IMG/VR virus record: IMGVR_UViG_3300013947_000024
Location: 1-64,000 of that record
Origin: a virus
Taxonomy: Duplodnaviria; Caudoviricetes
Direction: 5' to 3' (one strand)
DNA length: 64,000 nt
Shown here: positions 47,119 through 56,122 of the stretch, one piece after another
Position numbering within the stretch: the stretch's first letter is position 1
Layout: each line of letters opens with the position of its first letter
The notes under the pieces: generated by a model
What the model was told of the DNA's origin: nothing
Seen by the model: the letters and a program-made list of their open reading frames with translations, nothing else
Database searches by the model: none
Made by a program: the position numbers and the translations under genes

Positions 47119-49998
47119 ATGGCTGAATTGAATGTAACTCTTCAAGAGTTGCGTGGCACCTACAAAGAGTTCACGGCTAAGAATCCGATTTTGAAGAACG
47201 GACAGCTTGCGGTTGTGGCTATCGAAACTGGAGATTCCGTAGGGGGCTTTATCGCCCCCTCTACGGGTCTTAAATGTGGAGATGGAGTCACAGCTTTTAA
47301 CAACCTTGGATGGTTGGCTGGTCGTGAACAGCTTATAAATACAGGCAGTGTAGCTTCTAATGCAATACTGCACAAACAAAATCAAGAATTATATATGACA
47401 AGGGCGGAGTTTGATGCGTTAGACAAGACGACTCTTCCTATGGGAACCGAGATCAATATCGTAGACCAAATTCAAAAATCCGACTTGTCAACTGAAATAC
47501 AAAAATCTCTTACAAACGCAGACACAGCGCTCACTAATGCTAATACCGCTAATACCACAGCGAATACAGCGCTCACCACTGCTAACAACGCTCTTCCTAA
47601 AGCGGGAGGAACTATTTCTGGTAATCTTGCCATCACTGGAAATGAGACACTTGATGGTGCTCTTACTGTCTCTGGTCTAGCTACTCTTAATAACACAACA
47701 TTTAATGCTGATAGCGTTATTAAGAGAGTCGATGAGTACGGTGATGAAATCGGAATTGTACAGTTCAAGCATGTTGAAGCTGAAGCACTTCCATTTGGTG
47801 AATTTAAGTCGGGTTATGATTTTCGCATAGGAGATGCAGAGGGAGTTGAATATTTCTTCCCCGAGACGATCTCTAACGACTTCTGGTGTGTTCTTCATTT
47901 CAATAGTGGTACTGAGGCTACCACTTATTATACCGATGATGACTGCGTAATTACTGGGGATGATTGCAAAGATGGGGTCTTTACTCCTGTTGCTAATAAG
48001 AGATACACAGTCCTTGTATGGTATGATGGAACAAAACAGGCGATTGTAAGAGGTGTCCCTACTGACGGTCAGTGGGCTGATGATAATACATCGGCTACTA
48101 TCGGAGCTCTTACCGATTCCGCTCCTGCCTCCCTGAAGAAGATTATCTATTGCAAGTCTTCCGATATTCCTTCTACCCCTGAAACTGGTGTAGAGTATGC
48201 TTGTACTGATTTTATCGGGGAAGCAGACCTTGATACCGCTCTTCAGACAAAACTGAATTCTTTTGCTACAAAGACCGATATGTCCGCTGTTTCTACTGTT
48301 GCCAATAACGCGTTGCCAAAAACTGGTGGCACGGTAACTGGCAACATTGCGGTTCAGCAAGGCGATATTACGATTGACGGCGAGAATGTTGCCAAACAAT
48401 CATATGTAGATCAAGAAGTCGCAAAGGTTAAGAGCGGTTATGACTACACATTTACCGATCTTACATCTCTTAAAGCTCTTCTTACCGCGCAAACGACAAC
48501 CGATTCACTTAAAGGTAAGCACATTCTTTATACTGGCTCTTGGGAAGATTATGGGACAGACGTAGGTGGCGCACAGACGGAAGGAATTTTGGACTTCCAT
48601 GGAGCAGACGTTACGCACGAACATCATTACTCCTATACCGCTGGTAGCGGAGATCACATCTATGGTTCTTTGACAAACATTGGAACTCTCTATGGATATA
48701 AATGGACTGGCGATTATGGCGAAGATATTTGTCCGTGGATTACTGTTCAAGCAGAGACAATCAGAGGTATTGGATGTGGAACTGGTGTAACTCCTACTGC
48801 TGATTTTATTTATGATTCGCATGTTGGTACCTGCATTTCAAAAACTGGAACCACAAGTGCTCCGTTCGGCACAATCGCTAATTGTTTGTTCGATGGAGAT
48901 ATTATTGTATATAATTATTCAAGCGTTATCAACTGTTCTACAACGTCTGCTGACGGTGCTACTACTTTCACTAACTGTACCTATGTTGGTAAGCAATTAG
49001 AGGCTTCGCAGATTGGTTCGTCTGGTGGAAGTGGTGAAGAGTACGACTATACATTTACTAATTATTCGGATCTTCAAACATTTTTGAGTGGTTATACCGA
49101 TGCCAATGCACTTTCTGGTAAGCACATCTTATTTACTGGCGAGTTGGGTGCGTCACTTGATTTTCATAATGCCGATTTGACCTATGAGCATCATTATGAT
49201 CTCCCAAACGCATATTGCTCTTATGGCGGGACGAATAGCGGCACTCTATCCAACATCAACACCTTCTACGGCGACAAATGGACGGCTACATTCGGAGATA
49301 CTTATTCGTATTTTGGAACGACTATTTCTGCTAATACTATTCGTGGTCTTGGGTATGGAGCGTTTCCGACGATTATTGCGGACTATGTGTATAACGCCTG
49401 TGTTGGCAGTTGCATTTCTAAAACAGGAACAAATAGCTCTCCATATGGGACAATATTCAACAGCGTGTTTTACGAGTCGGCGAGCATAAAAAATTATCAA
49501 AGCGTTCTTAACTGTTCAACCTTTAATTCAGAAGGAAAGTTAACAGTTATCGGACTGTCGCCCGTAATCGGAAAAGAGTTGAAAGCCAGTCAACTTTTGT
49601 CATCCGGAGGCTCTTCCGCTAAATGGCACAACGATGATAGTGGCGCAACTCCAAGCAATCCCGTTCAGTTTATTAAGATTCATTGTTCGTCATGGTCGAT
49701 GAATTATTGCAGTAGCGCTCTTACAGCAGATATAACGCTCGCAATTACCCCAAGCACATATGGTTGTAGTGCCAGTACGATGGCGTATGCAGTGGATGCT
49801 GGTCAGATGTATTGTTTCATCGTGAATTTTGACACCAACTCTACTGGTATGATAGAGTCTGGAACGTTAAGTGTGTATCATGCGTATAGTAATTCTAATA
49901 ATTATAGCCTTCTTACATATGCGCAGTGGGCAAGCGGTCATTGGATGGCGGATGATCAGGGCACGGACTTATACACAGAAATGCAATATTATTATTAA
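47119..49998 (+). CDS. Tail fibre/receptor-binding protein (959 aa) with internal duplication
   Basis: NPIL..G...K.GDG N-terminus; ALPK.GGT..GN repeats; duplicated YDYTFT...GKHIL.TG domain. Confidence 0.7.
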   Translation: MAELNVTLQELRGTYKEFTAKNPILKNGQLAVVAIETGDSVGGFIAPSTGLKCGDGVTAFNNLGWLAGREQLINTGSVASNAILHKQNQELYMTRAEFDALDKTTLPMGTEINIVDQIQKSDLSTEIQKSLTNADTALTNANTANTTANTALTTANNALPKAGGTISGNLAITGNETLDGALTVSGLATLNNTTFNADSVIKRVDEYGDEIGIVQFKHVEAEALPFGEFKSGYDFRIGDAEGVEYFFPETISNDFWCVLHFNSGTEATTYYTDDDCVITGDDCKDGVFTPVANKRYTVLVWYDGTKQAIVRGVPTDGQWADDNTSATIGALTDSAPASLKKIIYCKSSDIPSTPETGVEYACTDFIGEADLDTALQTKLNSFATKTDMSAVSTVANNALPKTGGTVTGNIAVQQGDITIDGENVAKQSYVDQEVAKVKSGYDYTFTDLTSLKALLTAQTTTDSLKGKHILYTGSWEDYGTDVGGAQTEGILDFHGADVTHEHHYSYTAGSGDHIYGSLTNIGTLYGYKWTGDYGEDICPWITVQAETIRGIGCGTGVTPTADFIYDSHVGTCISKTGTTSAPFGTIANCLFDGDIIVYNYSSVINCSTTSADGATTFTNCTYVGKQLEASQIGSSGGSGEEYDYTFTNYSDLQTFLSGYTDANALSGKHILFTGELGASLDFHNADLTYEHHYDLPNAYCSYGGTNSGTLSNINTFYGDKWTATFGDTYSYFGTTISANTIRGLGYGAFPTIIADYVYNACVGSCISKTGTNSSPYGTIFNSVFYESASIKNYQSVLNCSTFNSEGKLTVIGLSPVIGKELKASQLLSSGGSSAKWHNDDSGATPSNPVQFIKIHCSSWSMNYCSSALTADITLAITPSTYGCSASTMAYAVDAGQMYCFIVNFDTNSTGMIESGTLSVYHAYSNSNNYSLLTYAQWASGHWMADDQGTDLYTEMQYYY

Positions 49999-50023
49999 AA
50001 TCCTCAAAGGAGGTATAAAGTTT

Positions 50024-50683
50024 ATGAAAATTTTTGGAAATAGCATTATAACAAAAACAAAAGTAATCTCCGTGGGGGATCACGAAACGGCAGGGCTTGC
50101 GGTGAAAAAATCCGCAAACCTGTCCCTTATCAATCAAGCCGTAGTAGAGGAGAAGGCGTGGAAAGAATTCATGATCTCTGCGGCTAAAGCAAATAAGAGA
50201 TATTATCTTTCCTTCAAGACTTCCGCTCCTATGTGGGTAAGAATTCAGTCTTGCGATGGAATTCAGAACACTTATCATATCATGACTGTTCGTAGTATCC
50301 CGAATGTTCCGTATATGATTCCGATCATGCTTCGTTATGACGCATGTATCAAGATTTGTCTTGATGCTGTCGGAACGGTGTCTAATATTTGTTTCGCTAC
50401 GGAGCAGATTCCTTTTGTGGAATCGAATAACATTACTGTTCTTCTCCCTGCCGATTATCCGCTTCGTGCATGTGGCGAAGTGAGAGACTACTTTGATATT
50501 AGCGAAAATGTCGTAAAATATACGAAGTGCGCCGATGTTGTAGGCGGCAAGCTTGTCGCTCTTGAATCACCTGTTACGACCGAAGTAACTGATGAAGCGC
50601 TTGTTGATGGACTGAAATCCCTTCTCGGCGAACAGAATATTGAAAGCATGAACTGCGTCTCTATTGGCGCGATTGAAGAATAA
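50024..50683 (+). CDS. Putative tail-associated protein
   Basis: AGGAGG SD before ATG 50024. Confidence 0.5.
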   Translation: MKIFGNSIITKTKVISVGDHETAGLAVKKSANLSLINQAVVEEKAWKEFMISAAKANKRYYLSFKTSAPMWVRIQSCDGIQNTYHIMTVRSIPNVPYMIPIMLRYDACIKICLDAVGTVSNICFATEQIPFVESNNITVLLPADYPLRACGEVRDYFDISENVVKYTKCADVVGGKLVALESPVTTEVTDEALVDGLKSLLGEQNIESMNCVSIGAIEE

Positions 50684-50697
50684 GGAGGAGAGAAATT

Positions 50698-52074
50698 ATG
50701 GCTACAAACTTTACTATGGAAGAACTGATGAATTTTCCTCTTCTTCACTTTGCGCAAGCAAACTATAAGCTTCATGACAACGTGTTTAACAGCGCCATGG
50801 ATTTTTACTATCTTGTCCTGAATTATCGTCATACAGAAGACGATAATGTCAGAGATCGGATTATCGAACATATCAATCTTTTTACATCTCCTGGCAGAGA
50901 ACCGCAATTTGATGTGCACGCCTTTCACTCTTATGTTCCGACCGTCGCGGGTCTGGCTTTGGTAAAGCATACCCCGAATCTCTTCGCCGCATTGAAGAAA
51001 GACACGAAACACAGAGTCAATGTCCTCATGAAAGCGTTTGCCGTGCTTGGAATTATGTATACGAGCTCCAACAACTGGTACCTTTACAACCTTGCCATGT
51101 TTCATGCGTGGTCTAAAGAACAGGCTCCCAATCTTTCCATTCCTACATTCTTCGCGGCTCTTGGCGCTCGGTATTATGCAGGTTCTGAGGAAGCATTTAA
51201 GGAACTGGTCATGGGAGAGGGAGAAGCCTTTGATTATGACGGATTTATTGCAGAGCTTCAGGAGTGCGGCTTCAATAGAGCAATCAGAACTTTTGCTCAT
51301 CAAACACAAGAGTCTGATATTGATGGCATTGAATTCGCAACTATCAAAGATCTGATGGAAACCAGAGCGCAGGAAAAGCAGTTCTATGGCATCACAGTCA
51401 ACAAGATCCCCGAAGAAATCGGTCGCGGCAGAGGCGTCCACTTCCCGTATAGCATCAAAGATTTTATCTCATCCAAAGACGGGTACGCGGCATGGTACAA
51501 TATCGACACTACTGAAGAGCGCCACGAAAAATCGACTTGTGCCTTTAAGAACGGCGTAGATATTTATGGAGAGTGCTATAAGGACAGAATTCCAGCCTAT
51601 CTTCTTCGTTATATTTTCCATGGTGGAAAGTGTAAGAACGAAATCGCCGTAAACAAGTACGCAAGCTGGATTCAGCATACCGGGACGGAGCAGATTCTCG
51701 ATTCGAATGGCGGTACTCTTACCGCGCATACAATGGAGTCCGACAAGATCAATCCTTCTCTCGGGAAAGACGGAATGATCTCTGAATTCGATGTGGGCGG
51801 AAGAAGTGACATGACCTATTGCTATCTTGACTTCGCTATGGCGTCGGTCATCGTTTCTGTTTGCAAGGAGCTCGGATATATCGACGACGGAGAGGTTTGG
51901 ACAAACGCAATCTCTCTTTATAAGAATGGCGCAGAGGATCTGTTCTACAAAGACGAGGTTGGATTTGTTGGATATAATGCATGGGATCAGGACTATAAGG
52001 CTGTTGAATGTCAGAATTGCAATTTCCCGTTCTATCGCATTTCTTGTATGATTCATCAAGAAAATTTGAAGTGA
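50698..52074 (+). CDS. Hypothetical protein (458 aa), helical and aromatic-rich
   Basis: Strong SD; no recognised motif. Confidence 0.6.
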   Translation: MATNFTMEELMNFPLLHFAQANYKLHDNVFNSAMDFYYLVLNYRHTEDDNVRDRIIEHINLFTSPGREPQFDVHAFHSYVPTVAGLALVKHTPNLFAALKKDTKHRVNVLMKAFAVLGIMYTSSNNWYLYNLAMFHAWSKEQAPNLSIPTFFAALGARYYAGSEEAFKELVMGEGEAFDYDGFIAELQECGFNRAIRTFAHQTQESDIDGIEFATIKDLMETRAQEKQFYGITVNKIPEEIGRGRGVHFPYSIKDFISSKDGYAAWYNIDTTEERHEKSTCAFKNGVDIYGECYKDRIPAYLLRYIFHGGKCKNEIAVNKYASWIQHTGTEQILDSNGGTLTAHTMESDKINPSLGKDGMISEFDVGGRSDMTYCYLDFAMASVIVSVCKELGYIDDGEVWTNAISLYKNGAEDLFYKDEVGFVGYNAWDQDYKAVECQNCNFPFYRISCMIHQENLK

Positions 52075-52103
52075 ATAATTATTCAGCAGGAACGCATATT
52101 TAT

Positions 52104-52254
52104 GAGGACATGAAAACTTACGACTTTAGTCGTGAGATGACTCGCTAACACGCGAGCACGCAGGGTCGGGACGACCCGTAGAGCCTGTGGAGACGCCCGC
52201 GTTAGCGGGGTCGATGAAGCAGGAATCTTGCCACTTTAGTGGCGAGAGGTTCAA
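52104..52254 (+). mobile_element. Non-autonomous IS200/IS605 mini-element (PATE-like) carrying a stand-alone omegaRNA
   Basis: Follows TTTAT (52099-52103). LE hairpin CTTACGAC-TTTA-GTCGTGAG 52117-52136; RE hairpin CTTGCCAC-TTTA-GTGGCGAG 52227-52246; ends TTCAA; no ORF. Interrupts a 13-bp inverted repeat. Confidence 0.85.
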
Positions 52255-52302
52255 ACAAAAACCATGCGTTCCTGCTATCAAAATAGATGAGGAGAAAGAC
52301 AT

Positions 52303-52905
52303 ATGGAATATTTTGACGGCGTAGTAGCCGCTAAACTTTTTGGAGGCGGTGGTGGCGGTGGAGAACCCGTAGATGTTAGTGGCAAGCTCGACAAGGTAAC
52401 AACGACAGCTCTCGTCCCTCGTGTATACGGCGTAAAAGAAGATGGTAGCCAGCTGACTTATTTTGCCACTCCGAGCACAGACGCAAATACCATTGTCATG
52501 AGAGACGCCTCTAAGCATATCGCCGTCGAAGACGGTGTTGCTCCCAAACAGGCAGTAAACAAATCGCAGTTAGACAAGAAGCTCGACATTGAAGGCGGAG
52601 ATATTACTGGAGACCTTTCTGTGGCTGGTAATGTCGACATCACCGGGGTAGCAACACACACAGCGGAAGCGATTTTTAATAGTGGGCTTGAATCTGATGG
52701 TCCTGTTAATGTGAATAATTCCCTCGTAAAGATTACGAATGTTACGAAAGACATTGTTACACAGTATAACGCGGACATGATTACCCTTGAAGAGAACGGA
52801 GATGCCAAACAGTATAATTATACATTTCCTCGCTCTTCTGGCGCGCTTGCTGTTACAGCTCATTCAGAGATTATCAACGAAGACACAGCGGAACAAACGG
52901 TTGAT
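52303..52905 (+). CDS. Tail fibre gene, exon 1 (IStron-interrupted)
   Basis: KLDK/GGDITGDLSVAG fibre motifs; last codon GAT ends the TTGAT target site. Confidence 0.85.
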
Positions 52906-53360
52906 TAAGAGCACAACACAAACTTTTGACTTTAGTCATGAGTTAAAGTGTGCAAATAGTTAGCACATAGGGAAACTTGTGTGTAGTGGCGCTTACGGCG
53001 TCCAATATTACTTGAAATGCTGGAAACTCCTAAAGCTATTTGAACCACAACATAATTCATTAAATGGAATAAGTGTGACGGTAACGAAAGTAGAAAGAAT
53101 CAAATAGATGGTGCAGGGTTAAATCCTAAACACTCTTACAAAAAAATGGAGAATCAGCAGGGAAGCTCGAAAGAGAACCCCCAACGACTATTCCTCTTGA
53201 GGGAAGTAGGAGCAAGCGCTCCGAAGTGGGTAAGCCCAAACAGGCAAGCTGTGGGATAAGATATAGTCTGTGCTCATGTGAAAGCATGAGATACCTACCG
53301 CTAAACAATACGGCGGATAAGGATGTGTGAGAGTAGCGACCTCATGCGAACGACAACCTC
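52906..53360 (+). ncRNA. Group I intron ribozyme core (IA-like, with P7.1/P7.2)
   Basis: P AAATGCTGGAAACT 53015-53028; Q AATCAGCAGG 53152-53161; R CCAACGACTA 53181-53190; S AAGATATAGTCT 53258-53269. P7 GACTA/TAGTC; P7.1 TTCCTC/GAGGGAA; P7.2 GGAGC/GCTCC; P9 CTCATG/CATGAG. Confidence 0.92.
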
Positions 53361-53478
53361 TAAGCGACCGATAACCACGGTTATTGTGTCTTCTACAAAA
53401 TTAACAATTGAATATTGGTAACATCACTCTGAAAGCAAGTGTAAAAAAACTTATATAGAAGTAAGAGGAGGTGTTACA

Positions 53479-54585
53479 ATGGAAAAAGCATACAAGTTAA
53501 GAATCTATCCAAACAAACAACAACGGATTCTTTTAGCTAAAACATTTGGATGCGCCAGATTTGTGTATAATCACTATCTCAACAAGAAGATTGATTTATA
53601 CAAAGAGTCTGGCGAATCAATAAGTAATAACGAATGTTCGAGAGATTTAACACTCTTAAAACAGGAGTTAGAATGGCTACAAGAACCTGACAAGTGCGCT
53701 CTTCAAAACGCTCTAAAAGATTTGGATGCTTCGTATAAAAACTTCTTCAAGAATCCATCTCATTTTGGATTCCCAAGGTTTAAGTCGAGGCATGACAATC
53801 ATAGAGCGTATAGAACGAGCTTCTCCAACGGCAACATTGCAATCGCTGGAAATCATATCAAACTTCCTAAACTCGGACAAGTAAAAATCAGAGATAAGTA
53901 TCTTGTTCAAGGAAGAATTTTGAATGTGACAGTATCGCAAGCGCCGAGCGGGAAATATTTCGCCTCTGTTTGTTGTACGGATATTCCGCAAATAGATCTG
54001 CCGAAGACTGGCTCTGCTATCGGAATTGATGTTGGATTAAAGGAATTCTTAATTACAAGCAACGGCGACAAGGTTGCTAATCCAAGATATTTGAGCAAAT
54101 CCTTAGAAAAACTTGCAAGACTTCAAAGAGAGCTTTCGCGAAAACCAAACGGAAGCAATCGGAGAAATAAGGCAAGAATCAAGGTGGCGCGTCAATATGA
54201 AAAGATTAGCAATCAACGAAAAGACTTCTTAAATAAACTCACAACGAACCTTATTAAAGAGAATGACATCATCTGCGTTGAGGATTTACGGGTTGAGAAT
54301 ATGGTTAAGAACCATAAGCTCGCAAGGTCTATTTCAGATGCGTCGTGGGGTGAGTTTAGACGGCAACTTGAATATAAGGCAAGATGGTACGGAAAGAGAA
54401 TTTCTGCGATAGATTCTTTCTTCCCATCAAGTCAGACTTGTAGTTGCTGTGGATTTAAGAATGTAGGGACAAAAGACTTGTCCGTAAGAGAATGGGTGTG
54501 TCCACAATGCAATACGAAGCACGATAGAGACATCAATGCGGCTATCAACATTCTCAACGAAGGATTAAGACTTGTTACTGCATAA
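53479..54585 (+). CDS. tnpB: TnpB RNA-guided endonuclease (IS200/IS605 OrfB)
   Basis: KAYK.RIYP...FGC.RFVYN; RuvC GIDVG / VEDL / [10 protein letters not shown] intact; CSCC...CPQC Zn finger. Confidence 0.96.
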   Translation: MEKAYKLRIYPNKQQRILLAKTFGCARFVYNHYLNKKIDLYKESGESISNNECSRDLTLLKQELEWLQEPDKCALQNALKDLDASYKNFFKNPSHFGFPRFKSRHDNHRAYRTSFSNGNIAIAGNHIKLPKLGQVKIRDKYLVQGRILNVTVSQAPSGKYFASVCCTDIPQIDLPKTGSAIGIDVGLKEFLITSNGDKVANPRYLSKSLEKLARLQRELSRKPNGSNRRNKARIKVARQYEKISNQRKDFLNKLTTNLIKENDIICVEDLRVENMVKNHKLARSISDASWGEFRRQLEYKARWYGKRISAIDSFFPSSQTCSCCGFKNVGTKDLSVREWVCPQCNTKHDRDINAAINILNEGLRLVTA

Positions 54586-54589
54586 ATTG

Positions 54590-54719
54590 TTAATAATGTA
54601 GAATATACAATAACCGCTGGAACGGCGGGGATAGCTCGGTAAATATCCCGACAGTAGTCGGGAGTTCCCGAGAACCCTGCGACTTTAGTCGCAGGAGGTT
54701 CAGTCTTGGAAGATTAAAG
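54590..54719 (+). ncRNA. TnpB omegaRNA (right-end RNA); guide = first ~16 nt of exon 2
   Basis: Hairpins CCGCT-GGA-ACGGCGG, CTCGG/CCGAG, CCCGAC/GTCGGG, RE hairpin, then TCTTGGAAGATTAAAG. 5' boundary approximate. Confidence 0.8.
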
Positions 54720-56017
54720 ACTCGACTTCTTCTGTCTCTATCTATTACGCAGACAACGGGGTACACACTGGCGCCTTGGTACAGAATGGGCACGCAAGCC
54801 TGACATACTCCGATGCGACTAACACCTCCTCTATTATCGTCGGAGATGGTATTGTTTCTCTTTCTTATCAGCCAACAACTGCTGGCGAACAAGCTACCGC
54901 TCTTGTAATCTCCGAAGAGGGCGCGAAGATTAACGGGCAGAAAATCGTCGTTGCTAATGAGATTACAGGCATTCCTTCTCATATCAACATTATTGCTCCC
55001 GAAGGCGCTACAAGTGGCACTCTTGAAACTGTTCAACTCGAAATTCTTCAAGCCAACCTTAGCAACTTTATCGTATTCGCGCATAAGGAATATCACCTTA
55101 ATGCAGACGGTCTCGTAGAAGGGTATCTCACCTATACCTATGGCGGTTATGAAAACAATAAACACATCACGGAATCTATTACTGTTACGGTAAACACAAG
55201 AGCGTGGGTACTTAATAGAGGGCAACTGGTCACTACTACCGATTATGCTAACGGTAGCGTGTCTGGCGTTGTGAATGTTGACGAAGATTTCAGCAAGGGT
55301 CTTCAGGTGTCAAGCACTGGTAATCTTGGCATTTACAGAGCACTTGATACTGATATTTCGTCTCGTACGACCCTTCGTCCTATCACCCCTCTTAATCTTA
55401 ATACGGCTGTTCTTGCGGCTCTTACAGACGCAAACAAGGTAGCGCCTAACGACACGCAGAAAACTGCTTTTAAGACTGCATGGGGTATTACAAGCGCTAA
55501 CGGCACGCGAGTAATCTTTGCCGCTGACGAACCCGCTACTGGAGATTATTCAGAGGGCGATGTGCTTATCAACACCTCAGATGAGTGCTTCTATTGCTTG
55601 CAGAATGGCGCATGGACAAAGCAGGATTCGTTCGGCAAGCCTTCTTGGCATACAACCGCTCCCGCAGATACCTCAAAGGTTCTTCGTACAGAGATCACAT
55701 GGACGAAGGCTATCCAATACAAGAGTGGGTCTCAAGACACGGTTGAATGCCACTTCTTAAGCTCTGGTGATGGCTATGCGAGGTTCGATACCAACGCAAG
55801 CGGAGAGAAACTCTTGCAGGGTTGTACAAACTGGACAGTCAGCGGTTCTTCTAATGGCACGGACGAAGACGGAACAGCCGTAATTATCAACGGAGTTATG
55901 TTCCACGATGTAGATACCGATATTGCGAAGTTTATTGTATACAGATTTTCTGATAGCTCGTCTCTGTTCGGTATGCACTTTGTGCCTACAGACGCTACAT
56001 TCAGATACTTGTACTAA
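54704..56017 (+). CDS. Tail fibre gene, exon 2 (spliced product 638 aa)
   Basis: Open frame SWKIKDSTSS... continuous with the ORF called at 54776; C-terminus paralogous to ORF 40490. Confidence 0.85.
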   Translation, partial: SWKIKDSTSSVSIYYADNGVHTGALVQNGHASLTYSDATNTSSIIVGDGIVSLSYQPTTAGEQATALVISEEGAKINGQKIVVANEITGIPSHINIIAPEGATSGTLETVQLEILQANLSNFIVFAHKEYHLNADGLVEGYLTYTYGGYENNKHITESITVTVNTRAWVLNRGQLVTTTDYANGSVSGVVNVDEDFSKGLQVSSTGNLGIYRALDTDISSRTTLRPITPLNLNTAVLAALTDANKVAPNDTQKTAFKTAWGITSANGTRVIFAADEPATGDYSEGDVLINTSDECFYCLQNGAWTKQDSFGKPSWHTTAPADTSKVLRTEITWTKAIQYKSGSQDTVECHFLSSGDGYARFDTNASGEKLLQGCTNWTVSGSSNGTDEDGTAVIINGVMFHDVDTDIAKFIVYRFSDSSSLFGMHFVPTDATFRYLY

Positions 56018-56038
56018 GGCGGAAAATTGAATAAACAC

Positions 56039-56087
56039 AGGCGGATTGCTGAATTAGAGCAACAAAATCTAATAGGCAATCCGCCTT
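56039..56087 (+). terminator. Hairpin/terminator-like element
   Basis: AGGCGGATTGC...GCAATCCGCCT stem. Confidence 0.5.
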
Positions 56088-56122
56088 AATTATGTATTTT
56101 TATGCAAAGGAAATGAATATTT

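Larger units (their letters stand above)
52906..54703 (+). mobile_element. IStron (group I intron + IS605-type element with tnpB, no tnpA), 1798 nt
   Basis: Inserted after TTGAT; LE hairpin 52923-52942; intron core; tnpB; RE hairpin CCTGCGAC-TTTA-GTCGCAGG 54676-54695; ends TTCAG (omega-G). Removal restores the reading frame. Confidence 0.93.

Noticed and set aside
32838-51441. Long minus-strand ORFs (e.g. 32838-33872, 43385-44473, 45020-46156, 50488-51441)
   Set aside because: Antisense shadows of well-supported + strand genes; no motifs or SD sites.
52303-52908. ORFs 52303-52908 and 54776-56017 as two separate genes
   Set aside because: The TAA at 52906 is the first three bases of the IStron, and the TTG at 54776 lacks an SD; they are exons of one gene.
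53479-54703. Cas12f/CRISPR system or nuclease-dead TldR
   Set aside because: No repeat-spacer array anywhere in the window, IS ends are present, and all three RuvC acidic residues are intact.
36214-56017. Diversity-generating retroelement or invertase shufflon
   Set aside because: No reverse transcriptase or recombinase in the window, no near-identical TR/VR pair with A-specific differences, and no inverted cassettes seen.
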